Assembly (NCBI GenBank): GCA_037447605.1
Contig: CM074809.1
Span: forward strand, 1,540,689 to 1,604,688
DNA: 64,000 bases
From: Zygnema circumcarinatum SAG 698-1b
Lineage: Eukaryota; Plantae; Zygnematophyceae
Reading direction: 5' to 3'
In this document: piece by piece, positions 1-14,345 of the stretch
Layout of the letters: each line of letters begins with the position of its first letter
Numbering within the stretch: position 1 is the stretch's first letter
Translations under genes and position numbers: made by a program
The notes under the pieces: generated by a model
Databases searched by the model: none
Seen by the model: the letters and a program-made list of their open reading frames with translations, nothing else
Told to the model about the DNA's origin: nothing

Positions 1-50
1 CTAAACGGAGCACATGTAAATGGAGTTTTTATCTCGCTTTGGATTAGACT

Positions 51-143
51 GGGACATGTCAGACTTAACAAAATCTTGCGGAAGGAAAAGCTACTGAAGA
101 AGTACTCCGCTGCAAGCGTATCGCGATGTCACCGGAGTACTCG
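51..143 (+). mobile_element. Diverged one-arm relative of the 157-bp TA-MITE family
   Basis: GGGACATGTCAGACTTAACAAAATCTT...GAAGTACTCCGC...GGAGTACTCG aligns with the left half of the MITE at 6512-6668; it runs directly into the (GACG)n array; no second TIR seen. Confidence 0.55.
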
Positions 144-503
144 GACGCACGGACGGACGGACAGACGGACGGACGTATGAAAGTACGGACGGACAGCCTT
201 GCGTACGGATGAACGGACGGACGGACGAACGGATGGACAGATTGACGGACGGACGGATGTACGGACGGACGCAAGGACGGACGGGCGGACGGCCATACGG
301 ACGGACGGACGGATGTACGGACGGACGGACGAACGCAAGGACGGACGGACGGACGGATGTACGGACGGACGGATGTACGGACGGACGGACGAACGCAAGG
401 ACGGACGGACGGACGGACGGACGGACGGACGGACGGACGGACGGACGGACGGACGATTGAACGGAAGAACGGACGGATGGACGGACGGACGGACGGACGG
501 ACG
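143..503. repeat. (GACG)n tetranucleotide array with GGATGTAC/GAACGCAAG variants
   Basis: About 360 bp of GGAC/GACG tandem units read directly. Confidence 0.95.
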
Positions 504-555
504 GGCGGTGACGCGCGTCGCGACAGCTGCCCGGCCCGGCCCGGCCTGAAGGAAG

Positions 556-868
556 TGTTGAGAATCCGACATTCTCAGTTTTGTCGTACTATTTTGTCGT
601 TTTCCCAGCCACGTGTACTTACACCTGGCTGTGCTTTTAGCTTGTACTTTTCTGTTAGTTTAGTTGTACCTTTGCGGCTGTGTGCTTCACACCCGGCCGC
701 CCTTGCTCAGGCTAGTTCCACACTCTTTTGTCGCGTAGCTCTAGCCGCAATGTATATAAAACAGATTAGGACATTGTACACTTCACCACGTTAATAACAC
801 ATCTTTCTTTTGTGTCAACTCTCTCTGTCCTCACTTGTGATCGTACAATGTCCACTCCGTCTTTTTCA
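556..868 (+). repeat. 5' LTR of copia element
   Basis: TG start at 556, CA at 867-868 just before the PBS; first 255 bp appear identical to 4099-4353. Confidence 0.85.
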
Positions 869-2986
869 ATAGGTTATGGGCCCACTCATGCCTCAAATGC
901 GCTTGAAAAATTTGATGGGACAAACTGGCACGACTGGAAGTTTCAGTGCCAGCAGCTTTTTGAGGAAGAGAATCTGTGGTCTGTCGTTACTGGTTCAGAG
1001 ACCTGTCCTTTGCCACTTTCCTCCACCGTCGACGCGGCCGCCTTGGCTGCACGCACGAAGGAGATCGCCGATTGGACAAAACGCGACAAGAAGGCGTTTG
1101 TCCGCATCACGCTCGGCATTCAACGCAGTTTAATCGGGCACATCCGTGACGCCACCTCCTCCCACGACGCTTGGACTCTCCTGACCAATGCGTACGAACC
1201 TCGGAAGTGGTCCCACAAGCTCCGCCTACGGCGTGCCTTCACTAACTGCGAAAAGGAATCTTCTGAAACCATGCTGACTTATACTGACCGCGTCAAATCG
1301 TTTGCTAGACGGCTTCGCAGCATTGATTGCATAGTTCATGATGATGAGATCATTTGTAATCTCTTGGGCGGCCTGCACGACTCTTTCCGGTCTTTCATCT
1401 CGTCCATTGATGCTGCCTCGATCTCACTAACCGTCGCTGATCTGACCGACCTTCTTTTGAACGAGGAGGAAAAAGATTCCACCCCCTCCAGATCCTCCCA
1501 CGCGTCCGCGCTCTTCGGCTCTGGTCCTCCACCGTCCAAATCTCCTGGCGGCCTTTTTTGTCGATATTGCAAGGAACAGACTCACGTAAAGGACAACTGT
1601 CCCGCTCTGGCCAAAAAGGAGGCGCGCCGACTTTTGCCGCGCCCGTCCGTACCTCCGCCCGCTGGCGCGGCAAATATCGCGGCGCCCTCCGATTTGGCCC
1701 CTGCGATTCGGTCCCCCGCTGAACCTGTCGTACAGCTTACGTGGCCACCCTCCCTCACGTTCCCTACCGCTCCCTTGGTCCCGCCGCCGCCGCCCGCCGT
1801 ACACCCCTCTCTTCACCCCGGCTTCCCCCCCCCGGCCGGCCCGCCTCCCACCCCGGGTGTCGTCTATGGTGCTCCCGAGTTCGGTCACGCCTTTCTGGCC
1901 GCGGACCCTTTTGGGTATGACCCTTCTCTCCCTGACTCCACTTGGCTTATTGACTCGGGTGCCTCCCATCATCTAACTTTTCGTCGTGACTGGTTCTCTC
2001 GGCTCTCTCCCCTCCCTCTCCCCATGACCATTTTCTTAGGGGATAACCGCTCCTTGACTGCCACGCATGTCGGCCAGGTTTCCACTCTAATTGACGGCCA
2101 GCGCTTCATCATCGATGACGTCTACCTGGTGGATGGCCTCGCGAAGAATCTGTTTTCAGTAGCCTCCATCCTCCTCCTAGGCATTTCAGCCCTTTTTAGG
2201 CCAGATGGGGTCACTTTCTTCACCCCAGAGGCTGTAGTGGGGCACGGCCGCAAAACCGGCCGCTTGTTTTCCCTTACCTCTTTTGCGGCCTCCACTGGGC
2301 AAGCCCATGCTCACACCACTGACCCCCCCCTTACCTTTGCTCGGTGGCATCTCCGTTTTGGCCACCTTGCTGAAAGCAGCCTCAGAACTCTCGGCCAGGG
2401 CTTAGTGTTAGGCTTAGACTCCTTCTCTACCGAGAAGTTAGCTTTTTGTTCCGGCTGTATTCAAGGAAAAATGACCAGATTGCCTTTTCCCTCAAGCTCC
2501 ACCCTTGTCTCTGAGCCTCTGGCACTCATTCATTCTGATGTCTGTGGCCCCATGCGCGATGTTAGCCTCGGTGGCGCATCATATTTTGTTACGTTTATTG
2601 ACCAAGCGACTCACTTTTCCCATGTCTTTCCCATCGCTCACAAGTCTGACGTTTTCTCCCGCTTCCAAGAGTTCAAGGCCAGTGCAGAGACCCTTCTCGG
2701 CCGCCGCATCAAGACCCTTCGCACTGACAACGGCGGCGAGTTTATGTCCACCGCCTTCTCCAAATACCTTCGCCTTCACGGTATCACTCATCAGACTACC
2801 GCTCCCTACACCCCCCAGCAAAATGGAGTCGCCGAGCGCTTTAACCGCACCATTCTTGACATGGCTCGCTCTATGCTCCATTTTGCCGACCTCCCTATGG
2901 CCTTCTGGGCGGAAGCCATCTCCACGGCCACTTACCTTCGGAACCTTTCTCCCACCTCTGCCCACTTCCTCCACGGCCTCCCTTGA
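848..2986 (+). CDS. Copia Gag-protease-integrase polyprotein, disrupted after the integrase core
   Basis: UBN2-like gag; CRYCKEQTHVKDNC knuckle; WLIDSGASHH protease; WHLRFGHL; IHSDVCGP...RTDNGGEF...QQNGVAERFNRT integrase; ATG at 848 lies inside the LTR. Confidence 0.92.
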   Translation: MSTPSFSIGYGPTHASNALEKFDGTNWHDWKFQCQQLFEEENLWSVVTGSETCPLPLSSTVDAAALAARTKEIADWTKRDKKAFVRITLGIQRSLIGHIRDATSSHDAWTLLTNAYEPRKWSHKLRLRRAFTNCEKESSETMLTYTDRVKSFARRLRSIDCIVHDDEIICNLLGGLHDSFRSFISSIDAASISLTVADLTDLLLNEEEKDSTPSRSSHASALFGSGPPPSKSPGGLFCRYCKEQTHVKDNCPALAKKEARRLLPRPSVPPPAGAANIAAPSDLAPAIRSPAEPVVQLTWPPSLTFPTAPLVPPPPPAVHPSLHPGFPPPAGPPPTPGVVYGAPEFGHAFLAADPFGYDPSLPDSTWLIDSGASHHLTFRRDWFSRLSPLPLPMTIFLGDNRSLTATHVGQVSTLIDGQRFIIDDVYLVDGLAKNLFSVASILLLGISALFRPDGVTFFTPEAVVGHGRKTGRLFSLTSFAASTGQAHAHTTDPPLTFARWHLRFGHLAESSLRTLGQGLVLGLDSFSTEKLAFCSGCIQGKMTRLPFPSSSTLVSEPLALIHSDVCGPMRDVSLGGASYFVTFIDQATHFSHVFPIAHKSDVFSRFQEFKASAETLLGRRIKTLRTDNGGEFMSTAFSKYLRLHGITHQTTAPYTPQQNGVAERFNRTILDMARSMLHFADLPMAFWAEAISTATYLRNLSPTSAHFLHGLP
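872..885 (+). other. Primer binding site complementary to the anticodon arm of initiator tRNA-Met (half-tRNA primer)
   Basis: GGTTATGGGCCCAC is the reverse complement of GUGGGCCCAUAACC in plant tRNA-iMet, the same PBS type as Drosophila copia and Osser. Confidence 0.85.
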
Positions 2987-3804
2987 GGCCTGGCAGGGCG
3001 GCAAATATCCGTCTCCCACCTCCGTATCTTTGGCTGCGAGGCCTGGTACAAAGATCTCGTCCAGTCGTCTGGCAAATGGGGACAGCGGGCGTGCCGGCAT
3101 TTTCTTGACTGCAGCTCCGTCCACAAAGCCTATAAGTATTTTGGTGTTGTCGCGACAAATGCTATCGTACTTTGTGTACGTCGCATTTAATGAGGCTCAC
3201 TGCGTCGCGCCTTCATTGCGTCACGACCACTGCCGTACACCGTGACTTCCTCACAGTCGACTTCCAATCTTCATGCAGATTCCCCCACCTCGTGACCGTG
3301 GGATATCATTCACCTCCCAGCGGCGCTCCCCATTGGCGCCGACGTGCCTTTGTCCCCGGTGTAGCTCCCTCTTCCCCTCCCTTCGGTGCCCCCGCGTCCC
3401 CCTCCGTCGACCCTCCTCCCCCCGCTCCCCCCCCCTCCCCCTCGTCCTCTCTGCTCGACCCTACCCCTCCTGTTCAGAGGGAGCTTTCAACCTCACCCGA
3501 GCGGGGCCGGAACCCTCCCCTCTCTTTACAAACCCCCTCCTTTTTCCCCCTCAGCGCCTTCTCCCGGCCTCCCCAACTCCCCTCCCCCTTCACCCGTCGT
3601 GGCCTCCCCGCCACCCCGCCCTCCGGCACTCTCCCTTCCGGTTCCCCCCGGCCCTGCCCCCCGCCATGGCACTCGCGATCGGCGACCCACGTGGAAAATT
3701 ATCGACACTGCCGCCCATGCCCTCCTTTCCTCCGCCATGGCCTTCGTCGCCTCCTCGTCTGCCCCTCCTACTTTTGCTGCCGCCCTTCGCACCCNNNNNN
3801 NNNN

Positions 3805-4091
3805 GGCTCCGCTCCCTCCTCTCCAACCTCACCTTTCCTCCCCCTCACGCTACCACCGTCTTCACGGACTCTCAAGGTGCCCTTGCCCTCATGCAAAACC
3901 CCGTGCACCATCAACGTACCAAACACATCGACATACAGTTCCACTTCACTCGGGACAAGATCGCCGACGACACCCTTACCTTCCTCTACTGTCCTACCGG
4001 CAAGCAGACCGCCGATTTTCTTACCAAGGCCTTACATCGGCCAGCTTTTGAGCTTCACCGCTCTTCTGCCGGACTCCACACTTTCGAATGA
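3805..4091 (+). CDS. Copia RNase H C-terminal part
   Basis: VFTDSQGALALMQNPVHHQRTKHIDIQFHFTRD...QTADFLTKAL; followed by PPT GAGAGGGAG (4090-4098) and the 3' LTR. Confidence 0.92.
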
Positions 4092-4098
4092 GAGGGAG

Positions 4099-4353
4099 TG
4101 TTGAGAATCCGACATTCTCAGTTTTGTCGTACTATTTTGTCGTTTTCCCAGCCACGTGTACTTACACCTGGCTGTGCTTTTAGCTTGTACTTTTCTGTTA
4201 GTTTAGTTGTACCTTTGCGGCTGTGTGCTTCACACCCGGCCGCCCTTGCTCAGGCTAGTTCCACACTCTTTTGTCGCGTAGCTCTAGCCGCAATGTATAT
4301 AAAACAGATTAGGACATTGTACACTTCACCACGTTAATAACACATCTTTCTTT
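4099..4353 (+). repeat. 3' LTR of copia element (truncated by N gap 4354-4363)
   Basis: Matches 556-810. Confidence 0.9.
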
Positions 4354-4363
4354 NNNNNNNNNN

Positions 4364-5345
4364 GGAGGGAGGGAGGGAGGGAGGGAGGGAGGGGGGGAGG
4401 GAGAGGGGGAGAGGCGGGAGGAAGCTGCAGGTCTTCGCGGGGCGCGCGGCTGCCTCGTGGAAGGAACACTGGTAAGAGGGAGGGAACTCGGGGGAGGCAT
4501 CCTCGTGCATGGTGCCTGACGCAGCATGATTGGTTGGTGACATAAAGAGGAAGTACGATCCTTGAGGCCCTCCCTCGAAAGTTTGCGCGAGTTTGGGGAA
4601 AGGCTGCTTGGCATAGCGTACATGTATTACAGCACAATTTCTTTTTACTCTTGAAAAAAGTAGAAAGTAGAGGATGAATAAAGCACTTAAGTCCATTCAC
4701 ACAAAAGTTGATACGACCGTATCGAAAGAAATCAAAAATTATACACAACGAATACATCTATATACAAATTTGCATCTATGAGATGTCTTCACTTTATTGC
4801 TTGCCATCTACATGCTAGAAATGGCGGCATGTTCGGAACTCTACTGCTGGAAACAACTTACGAGCAATTAAGCTGCCGGCAAGCAGCCTGTGTCCATGCT
4901 CGCTTTGCAATTTTGCATCCTAACGTCATCCAAAGCCCATGTACCCGGCCACTCTCTTTTTCCATATTTCACAGGCAAAGGTAGCCAGTTTCCTCTTAGG
5001 CATGAGAGATCCCAAAACCTACGTTGCTTTCGTGCGAACCAGGTGAGCGTGTTCAAGCAATGACTTGAACAAAAGTCGCCTCACGAGAGCCGCTCGTTTA
5101 GCCACAGTTGTTACAAAATCATCAATGCTGCCTTGGTGCAAAGTGGAATCTCAGAGGCAGGATAACAGTCACGAAATGACTGCAACGCCCTTCTCTCTGT
5201 GAGAGGTTGATTTGATTGGAATCATGTTGGAAGGTAAGAGCAACGTTGCTTCCGCGCCCCTCGAAGTCACTAAAACAACACCATGCGTGGCAACCTGGAG
5301 CTTTCCTGCACAAAAAAAAAAAAAAAAAAAGTTCTGGAGCCTTCA
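4364..5345. repeat. Dispersed repeat of unknown class, copy A (left part at ~504-555, split by the copia insertion)
   Basis: Colinear homology with 12880-14345, including GGCGGTGACGCGCGTCGCGACAGC before the copia LTR and a long shared block after the gap. Confidence 0.85.
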
Positions 5346-5919
5346 CATTTTTGCCACCAGAAGCTCTTCATGGCTGCGCACGACGAATGCGCCGGTCATG
5401 CCGTAAGTGATATGATATGTTTTAAACCTTCAGATTGCCCATTGGTCATTCAAAAGATACAATAGTCAGCTTCATCGATGCCCTGCAATCACTTGGTGGA
5501 GATAACACGAACGCAAAATCCTGCAACTTTATCAAAAGTTGCTTTGTTAAGAGGTAGTAATGAAGATTGAAAGACCCTGTGATAAGGGACAGAAGTGATG
5601 GGGCTAAGCTCCCAACGAGGTTGTACATTGTAGAGCTATCCAAATGGGCACAAAAAGTAATGTTTTGTCTCGTATGCCACGAACATTTTTCTCCCTTTTG
5701 CTAGGATATTCACTTAACTTCATAGATAAAAAATTGATTTTAAATTTTGACAACCATTTCTTCAAGTATGTCTACAAACATTACCTTATACCACAACGTT
5801 ACCCTCATATTGTTGCCATCATTTGTCAGACATAGTGATGTAAGCACTACATCCATAGGGACTTCGTTGTTGCTGAAGTTCGTAATTTCCCCCCTTCTCC
5901 TGCTCCATTATCGTCACTA

Positions 5920-6076
5920 GGGGGTGTCAGACTTAAAAAATTTCAGTACGCGTGTTCGTAAGTTTGACATCAGAACGAGTACTCCAGTATAATAGCGATC
6001 CTCCTGCGGCGGAGTACTTTCGTAACCTTTTTTTTCGTAACGCTTTTCGTAAGATTTTGTTAAGTCTGACACCCCC
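5920..6076 (-). mobile_element. 157-bp MITE, 17-bp TIR GGGGGTGTCAGACTTAA, TA TSD
   Basis: Perfect 17-bp TIRs; TA at 5918-5919 and 6077-6078. Confidence 0.92.
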
Positions 6077-6511
6077 TACTATTGACAATAAGGCCATGAT
6101 TCCAATGCTAGAAAAAGTTCGATCTGACTGATTATTCCCTTCCTCCGCGATCCACTCACACGGCAGCTTGAGCACTTTTTGGATCCGGTCCCCCCCTCGT
6201 CCAGTCCCCCCTGGCTGCCTGTTTTGTCGCTACTGCAAGGAGACGACCCACGTCAAGCGTCCGACAACTGTCCCGAACGAGGACAAGAACGAGGCGCGTC
6301 GCGACAAGCCGAAGCCCTTCCCAGATCCGCCAGCTGGCTCTGCCAACTTAGCGGCCCCCTCCGATTTGGCCCCTGTGATTCTGTCCGCACCTGACCCTGT
6401 CGTACAGCTGACGTGGCCTCCTGCTCTTACTGTCGCGCCCGCCCAACCGGTCCCCCCGTTGCCGCCGCCCGCCGATGCCTACTCCCTCCACGTGTTCCCT
6501 CGTGCCCATTA

Positions 6512-6668
6512 GGGGGTGTCAGACTTAACAAAATCTTACGAAAAGCGTTACGAAAAAAAAGGTTACGAAAGTACTCCGCCGCAGGAGGATCGCGACTATA
6601 CTGGAGTACTCGTTCTGATGTCAAACTTACGAACACGCGTACTGAAATTTTTTAAGTCTGACACCCCC
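6512..6668 (+). mobile_element. 157-bp MITE, second copy in inverted orientation
   Basis: Same TIRs, TA at 6510-6511 and 6669-6670; differs from copy 1 at about 2 positions. Confidence 0.92.
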
Positions 6669-6775
6669 TATTGGCTTCCCGTCTGCGGCCGCCCTGCCTC
6701 CCACTTCGGTGTCGTTTATGGCGAGCCTGAGTAGCGGTCCTGGCCGCGGATCCCTTTTGGGTGCTATCCTGCACT

Positions 6776-7084
6776 CCTGCGGCCGTACTGTTTCTCTCTG
6801 TACGGAGGCGCATGGCTGCCCGGCGGGTCCTGTCGCGAGCTCCTATTGGTGCCTTACATTTAACAACACTCGCTCCTATTGGTGCCGTACATGTACAGTA
6901 CGATTTGGAGATTTTTAAACGTACTTATCGTACAGCAGAATAGCGTGACCCATGTTTGAAATCCGTTTCGATTAACAGATTTTGTATGAGAAATTAAGTC
7001 AGGCTAGGTTATCACCCCTAATACATTAACACTGACTTACCGTACTAAAAGTGGTTTCCTCAAAATCATGGCGAATTTCTTGGG
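6776..7084 (-). mobile_element. Internal fragment of the pogo/Tc1-like element seen at 48336-49739
   Basis: Reverse-complement homology to 48376-48587 and 49524-49620, without the MULE insertion. Confidence 0.75.
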
Positions 7085-7189
7085 TAACGAAATTGCCGAA
7101 AGCTGCCGCTCTTGGGCGTCCTCACCTTCATAGCGCTGACCAATCTCTTACCTTTGCTCGGTGGCACCTTCGTTTTGGAACCGATGACC

Positions 7190-7327
7190 CGGTGCCTAGG
7201 GGGACGTGGAACAAGGTCCCAAGTGTGATTCTTTTAAAGGGAATGAAATTCAGCGTTGGCGGCAGCCCTCCACGAGGCCAAAAGACAAAATTATATACGA
7301 TAACATAAGAATGTCTTATTCGCAACA
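7190..7327 (-). mobile_element. Diverged copia LTR start in reverse orientation
   Basis: Minus strand TGTTGCGAATAAGACATTCT resembles LTR start TGTTGAGAATCCGACATTCT; purine run GAAGGGGGAG just upstream. Confidence 0.5.
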
Positions 7328-8758
7328 AGGTTCTCCCCCTTCAGCCAAGCGGCCATGGCCGTGGCTGTGTGCTGCTCACCGCCCACCCGCAATAACAATT
7401 TTGTTAAGCATCTTCGGAGGTTAGGTCCGAGATCGGAGGCCTATCAAAAGTTGGCTCACATAACCTAACTCACGTCCCTTCCTCTCTTCTAGTCTAGTAT
7501 TGAGTCATTCAGCAAATCAGCATTCTTCGGAGCAGGCTGACAGCGGCAGATTAAAGAGAGGCACAATCATCTGGCGAGGTCACCTTGCGCCCTTTGTGGG
7601 AATTTGAAAGGATCGAGTGTGCAGCGCTGGGCTCGCCTATTGAGCATTGCATTGGAAGGCCCGACCAAGAAGATCAGACCCGCAACCGAAGGAGTGAGTG
7701 CAAGGGCCGCTGCCTCAAAGGCAGGCCCTTGCCTCCGGCTCTGGCTAGAAGTCTCCCGTTTCTAGAAGAGCCGCCTTTGTTGCATGGGAGTGAACCCGAA
7801 TATGATGGGCACGCCTAACTCAAATTGAAAATGTGCGACTTTGTAATTGTGGCGATGACGTTAGCTACTGAGGAAAAGGTTGTTGCATTTGGTTACAAAG
7901 GACGTCGTCCTTTGTTCGTCATACAGTATACGGAAATCGTGTGAACACGAGCAAAAAACTTTTTTTCGCGTAAAGGGCTTACTAAGGAAGCGTTTCAAAA
8001 AGCGAGATTGATTAGATTGGTCAGTGATTGGTTCTTGAGTTTGGAAAGGAAATGCAAGCACACACTTTCTACTCGCAGATTTGCATTCGAATGCAATTGA
8101 GGATTGCATTGCCTGTTTAAACATTTGAAAAAAACCTAACAGCTACAAGCGGATATCTGGCAACTTCTACTGTTTCACAACGCCATGATCTGGGACTTTA
8201 ATAGCTGCCAAGTCTAAAACAATGTCAAAACTGCAAATTTTCATATCCGAGATCAGGTAGCTATGACGAAAAGTAAAGACATAAGCGAACTTCGTTTAAA
8301 GACGATGGAAAAGGCAGGTCCTTCGATAGAAAAATTCCACACCAAAACGACCTCCCTCACCCAAATAAATTCTGTTATTCACCATCTTTAATCAAACCTA
8401 ATCTTTTATCGACACGCTTCTCTCTAATCACGCCACGCTAACTTTCCTTCCTTGTGCCGAGACAAATCGCAAGCGGACCTCGTATGTTACGTGCAGTCTA
8501 CCCCACACACCCTCATCAATCGCAATCTGATAGCTAGCCCATCGAGACTACATATTACAATATAGTCGTCTGTCCTTGCCCAACAACATACAGTATGAAA
8601 ACCGCTCTGCATTCACCCCGCGCCCCTCAAACGCTCTCGCATTCGTGTGACACCTCCTCCTCCTCCTCCTCCCCCTCCCCCTCCTCCTCCGCCTCCTCCT
8701 CTCGCCTCCTCCTCCTCCTCCTCCTCCACCGGCCCATGCAGCGACATGCCCCGCCCGC

Positions 8759-11710
<2,952 letters not shown>

Positions 11711-12879
11711 CTACGTGAAGATTCAACAAAGGGAGACTGATACACAGGTCTCCGAGTTCCCTCTTGAGATGCTGCAAAAACATAGCAACTCCATTTAGGA
11801 GGTTACACAGTACGTGTTCACCGTGTTTCTCGATTAACTGAAATGAATAGCACAATTCTAGCCAGCTCTGACGGAGTCGAATGGTTTTTTCCCAAGTTGC
11901 GCGTTGTGATTCCTGTTATTTACGTCTCTCATGAACATGACCGCACCCTCATCACCTGGTGAGTACCGAGTCCTGAAGTGGATGGATTTATCAATTGAAA
12001 ATCGCTAACGTGAACCTGTGCCGGTTGTCCCTCCACCCAGAACTCGTGGTTTGCGACCGGAAGGCCTTCCGATCTTCCACACATCTCGTGCACATCTCCT
12101 GTTCCAGACTGCCTCACCCATACTCGAGTGCCGCTCGTTCGGTCGATCACAAAAGGGCCCACCCCGCTCCCTCCTGTCGTATTGAGACTGCTTGACCACA
12201 ATTTTTACACAAGAAAACCCATTCGCAAGCATATTAGTAAGCTTCTCAGCCCCAAGGAGAGTCAAATTGGAAAAGTGGAAAAGCTGCTCTCTTAGAGTTT
12301 CCTCGAAAGGCATATCATTGGCTGGGTACGTTCTAAGGGGTTTGAATCTGCAATTTCATGCCTTTAAGATAGAATCAAATACTCCAATGTGCTTCATCAG
12401 AAATTTTTAATACAGATTGAGCAATTCGGAACCAACTTGATGAAAGGCGTTGTGTCTGCGAATCCTTCAAACACGAAGTCACAAGTTTCTGCCGGACTTC
12501 TTCCACAAAGAGGGTCTCTATCTCCTCCAATAAGTGGCCTCCTCCAACTCTCGCCAGCTGCAGCTGCTTCCACGAAAAGCAGCACTACTGAAAACCTAAC
12601 CAAGAACAGTAGTTTCCGCATATGCTCCTTAACCATGTCGTCGAGACAACAACCCAGCTGGCACGTCTGCCCAAAAACCACCTGATTTGAGGTATTTGCA
12701 GCTTCTAGGTGGGCCTTTCCAAAAGTGACTGAAACCTCTTTAACTAGGGAAGTAGCCGATGTCCCCAACGAGCTGTCGGAGCAGCAGAGGGGGGCGTGCC
12801 TCGGCAGGCGCGATTGCATGGGCCTGCAAGGGCCGACGGCGAATTGTAGCAATCGAACGGCCGGCGGACGGCCGTCGGA

Positions 12880-14345
12880 TTGGTGACGGACGGACGGACG
12901 CGCGACGGCGGTGACGCGCGTCGCGACAGCGGCCCGGCCCGGCCCGGCCTGGAGGGAGGCCCGCGGCCCGCTCGCCCGGGGACGCGGACCGGGCGACAGG
13001 CGGCTCCGCCAGTGGGAGGGGAGGGGAGGGGAGGGGAGGGGAGGGGAGGGGAGGGGAGGAGTGGAGTGGAGGGGAGGGGAGGGGAGGAGAGTGGAGTGGA
13101 GGGGTGGGGAGGGGAGGAGAGTGGAGGGGAGGGGAGGGGAGGAGAGTGGAGGGAGGGAGGGAGGGAGGGGAGGGAGGGAGGGAGGGAGGGAGGGAGGGAG
13201 GGAGGGGAGGGAGGGGAGGGAGGGGAGGGGAGGGAGGGGAGGGAGGAGTGGAGTGGAGGGAGGGAGGGGAGGAGAGTGGAGTGGAGGGGTGGGGAGGGGA
13301 GGAGAGTGGAGGGGAGGGGAGGGGAGGAGAGTGGAGGGGAGGGGAGGGGAGGCCTCGCCTCGCGTAGGGAGGGAGGGAGGGAGGGCGGCCGCGGGCCATG
13401 GGACGAGGCGGGAGGAAGCTGCAGGACCTCGCGGGGCGCGCGGCCGCCTCGTCATGGAACACTGGTAAGAGGGATGGGATCGAGGGAGGCATCCTCGTGC
13501 ATGGTGCCTGACGCAGCATGATTGGTTGGTGAAATAAAGAGGAAGTACGCTCTTTGAGGCCCTCCCGCGAGAGTTTGGGGAACTTGGCATAGTGTACATG
13601 CACTTGCAGTATGGTATGCCAACGAGTATACAGCACAATTTGTTAGTACTCTTTAAACAAGTAGAAAGTAGAGGATGAATAAAGCACTTCACACAAATTC
13701 ATTCACACAAAAGTTGATACGGACGGATCGGAAGTGGTTAAAATTATACACAGAGAATACATCTATATACAAATCTGCATCTATGAGATGTCTTCACTTT
13801 ATTGCTTGCCATCTACATGCTAGAAATGGCGGCATGTTCGGTACTCTACTGCTGGAAACAACTTACGAGGAATTAAGCTGCCGGCAAGCAGCCTGTGTCC
13901 ATGCTCGCTTTGCAATTTTGCTTCCTAACGTCATCCAAAACCCATGTACCCGGCCACTCTCTTTTTCCATATTTCATGGAATGACTATCAACATAGGCAA
14001 AGGTATCCGGTTTCCTCTTAGGCATGAGAGATCCCAGAACCTACGTTGCTTTCATGCGAACCAAGTGTGTTCAGGCAATGACTTGAACAAAAGTCGCCTC
14101 ACGAGAGCCGCTCGTTTAGCCACAGTTGTTACAAAATCATAAATGCTTTCCTGGTGCAAAGTGGATCTCGGAGGCAGAATAACAGTCAAGAAATGACTGC
14201 AACGCCCTTCTCTGTGAGGTTGATTTGATTGGAATCATGTTGGAAGGTATGAGCAACGTTGCTTCCGCGCCCCTCGAAGTCATTAAAACAACACCATGCG
14301 TGGCAACCTGGAGCTTTCCTGCACAACCTTCAAGTTCTGGAGTCT
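12880..14345. repeat. Dispersed repeat of unknown class, copy B
   Basis: Homologous to 504-555 plus 4364-5345; starts with a short (GACG)n and contains a polypurine tract. Confidence 0.85.
13015..13385. repeat. Polypurine low-complexity tract (GGAGG/GGGA/GGAGT)
   Basis: Read directly. Confidence 0.9.

Larger units (their letters stand above)
556..4353 (+). mobile_element. Ty1/copia LTR retrotransposon (half-tRNA-primed, Osser/Bryco-like); 3' end lost in an N gap
   Basis: Direct repeats starting TGTTGAGAATCC at 556 and 4099; gag-PR-INT then RNase H order; PBS and PPT present; RT would fall in gap 3795-3804. Confidence 0.95.
6168..7190 (+). pseudogene. Degenerate, interrupted relic of the same copia family (gag knuckle to pre-integrase)
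   Basis: LFCRYCKETTHVK...AAPSDLAP...VVQLTWPP matches the 848-2986 ORF; homology resumes after MITE 2 (GVVYG region) and again at ~7110-7190 (LTFARWHLRFG). Confidence 0.8.

Noticed and set aside
143-503. Regularly spaced repeats as a possible CRISPR-like array (also 23996-24237)
   Set aside because: No unique spacers, eukaryotic context, no cas genes
65-794. RTDG/PSVR-repeat ORFs and similar G/P-rich ORFs at 12397-13692
   Set aside because: Products of (GACG)n and polypurine tracts
2960-3794. Multiple frameshifts after the copia integrase core, suggestive of programmed frameshifting or decay
   Set aside because: Expected motifs (EAWQG, SHLRIFGC, GIFL, KAY, VAFNE) alternate among frames over a short stretch next to a gap, while the LTRs look identical; sequence error is at least as likely
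3795-3804. Apparent RT-less copia and gypsy elements (also 52883-52892)
   Set aside because: In both, the missing domains coincide exactly with 10-N assembly gaps
5920-6668. Composite MITE-flanked transposon carrying captured gag
   Set aside because: The gag relic continues colinearly past the second MITE, so the MITEs inserted independently
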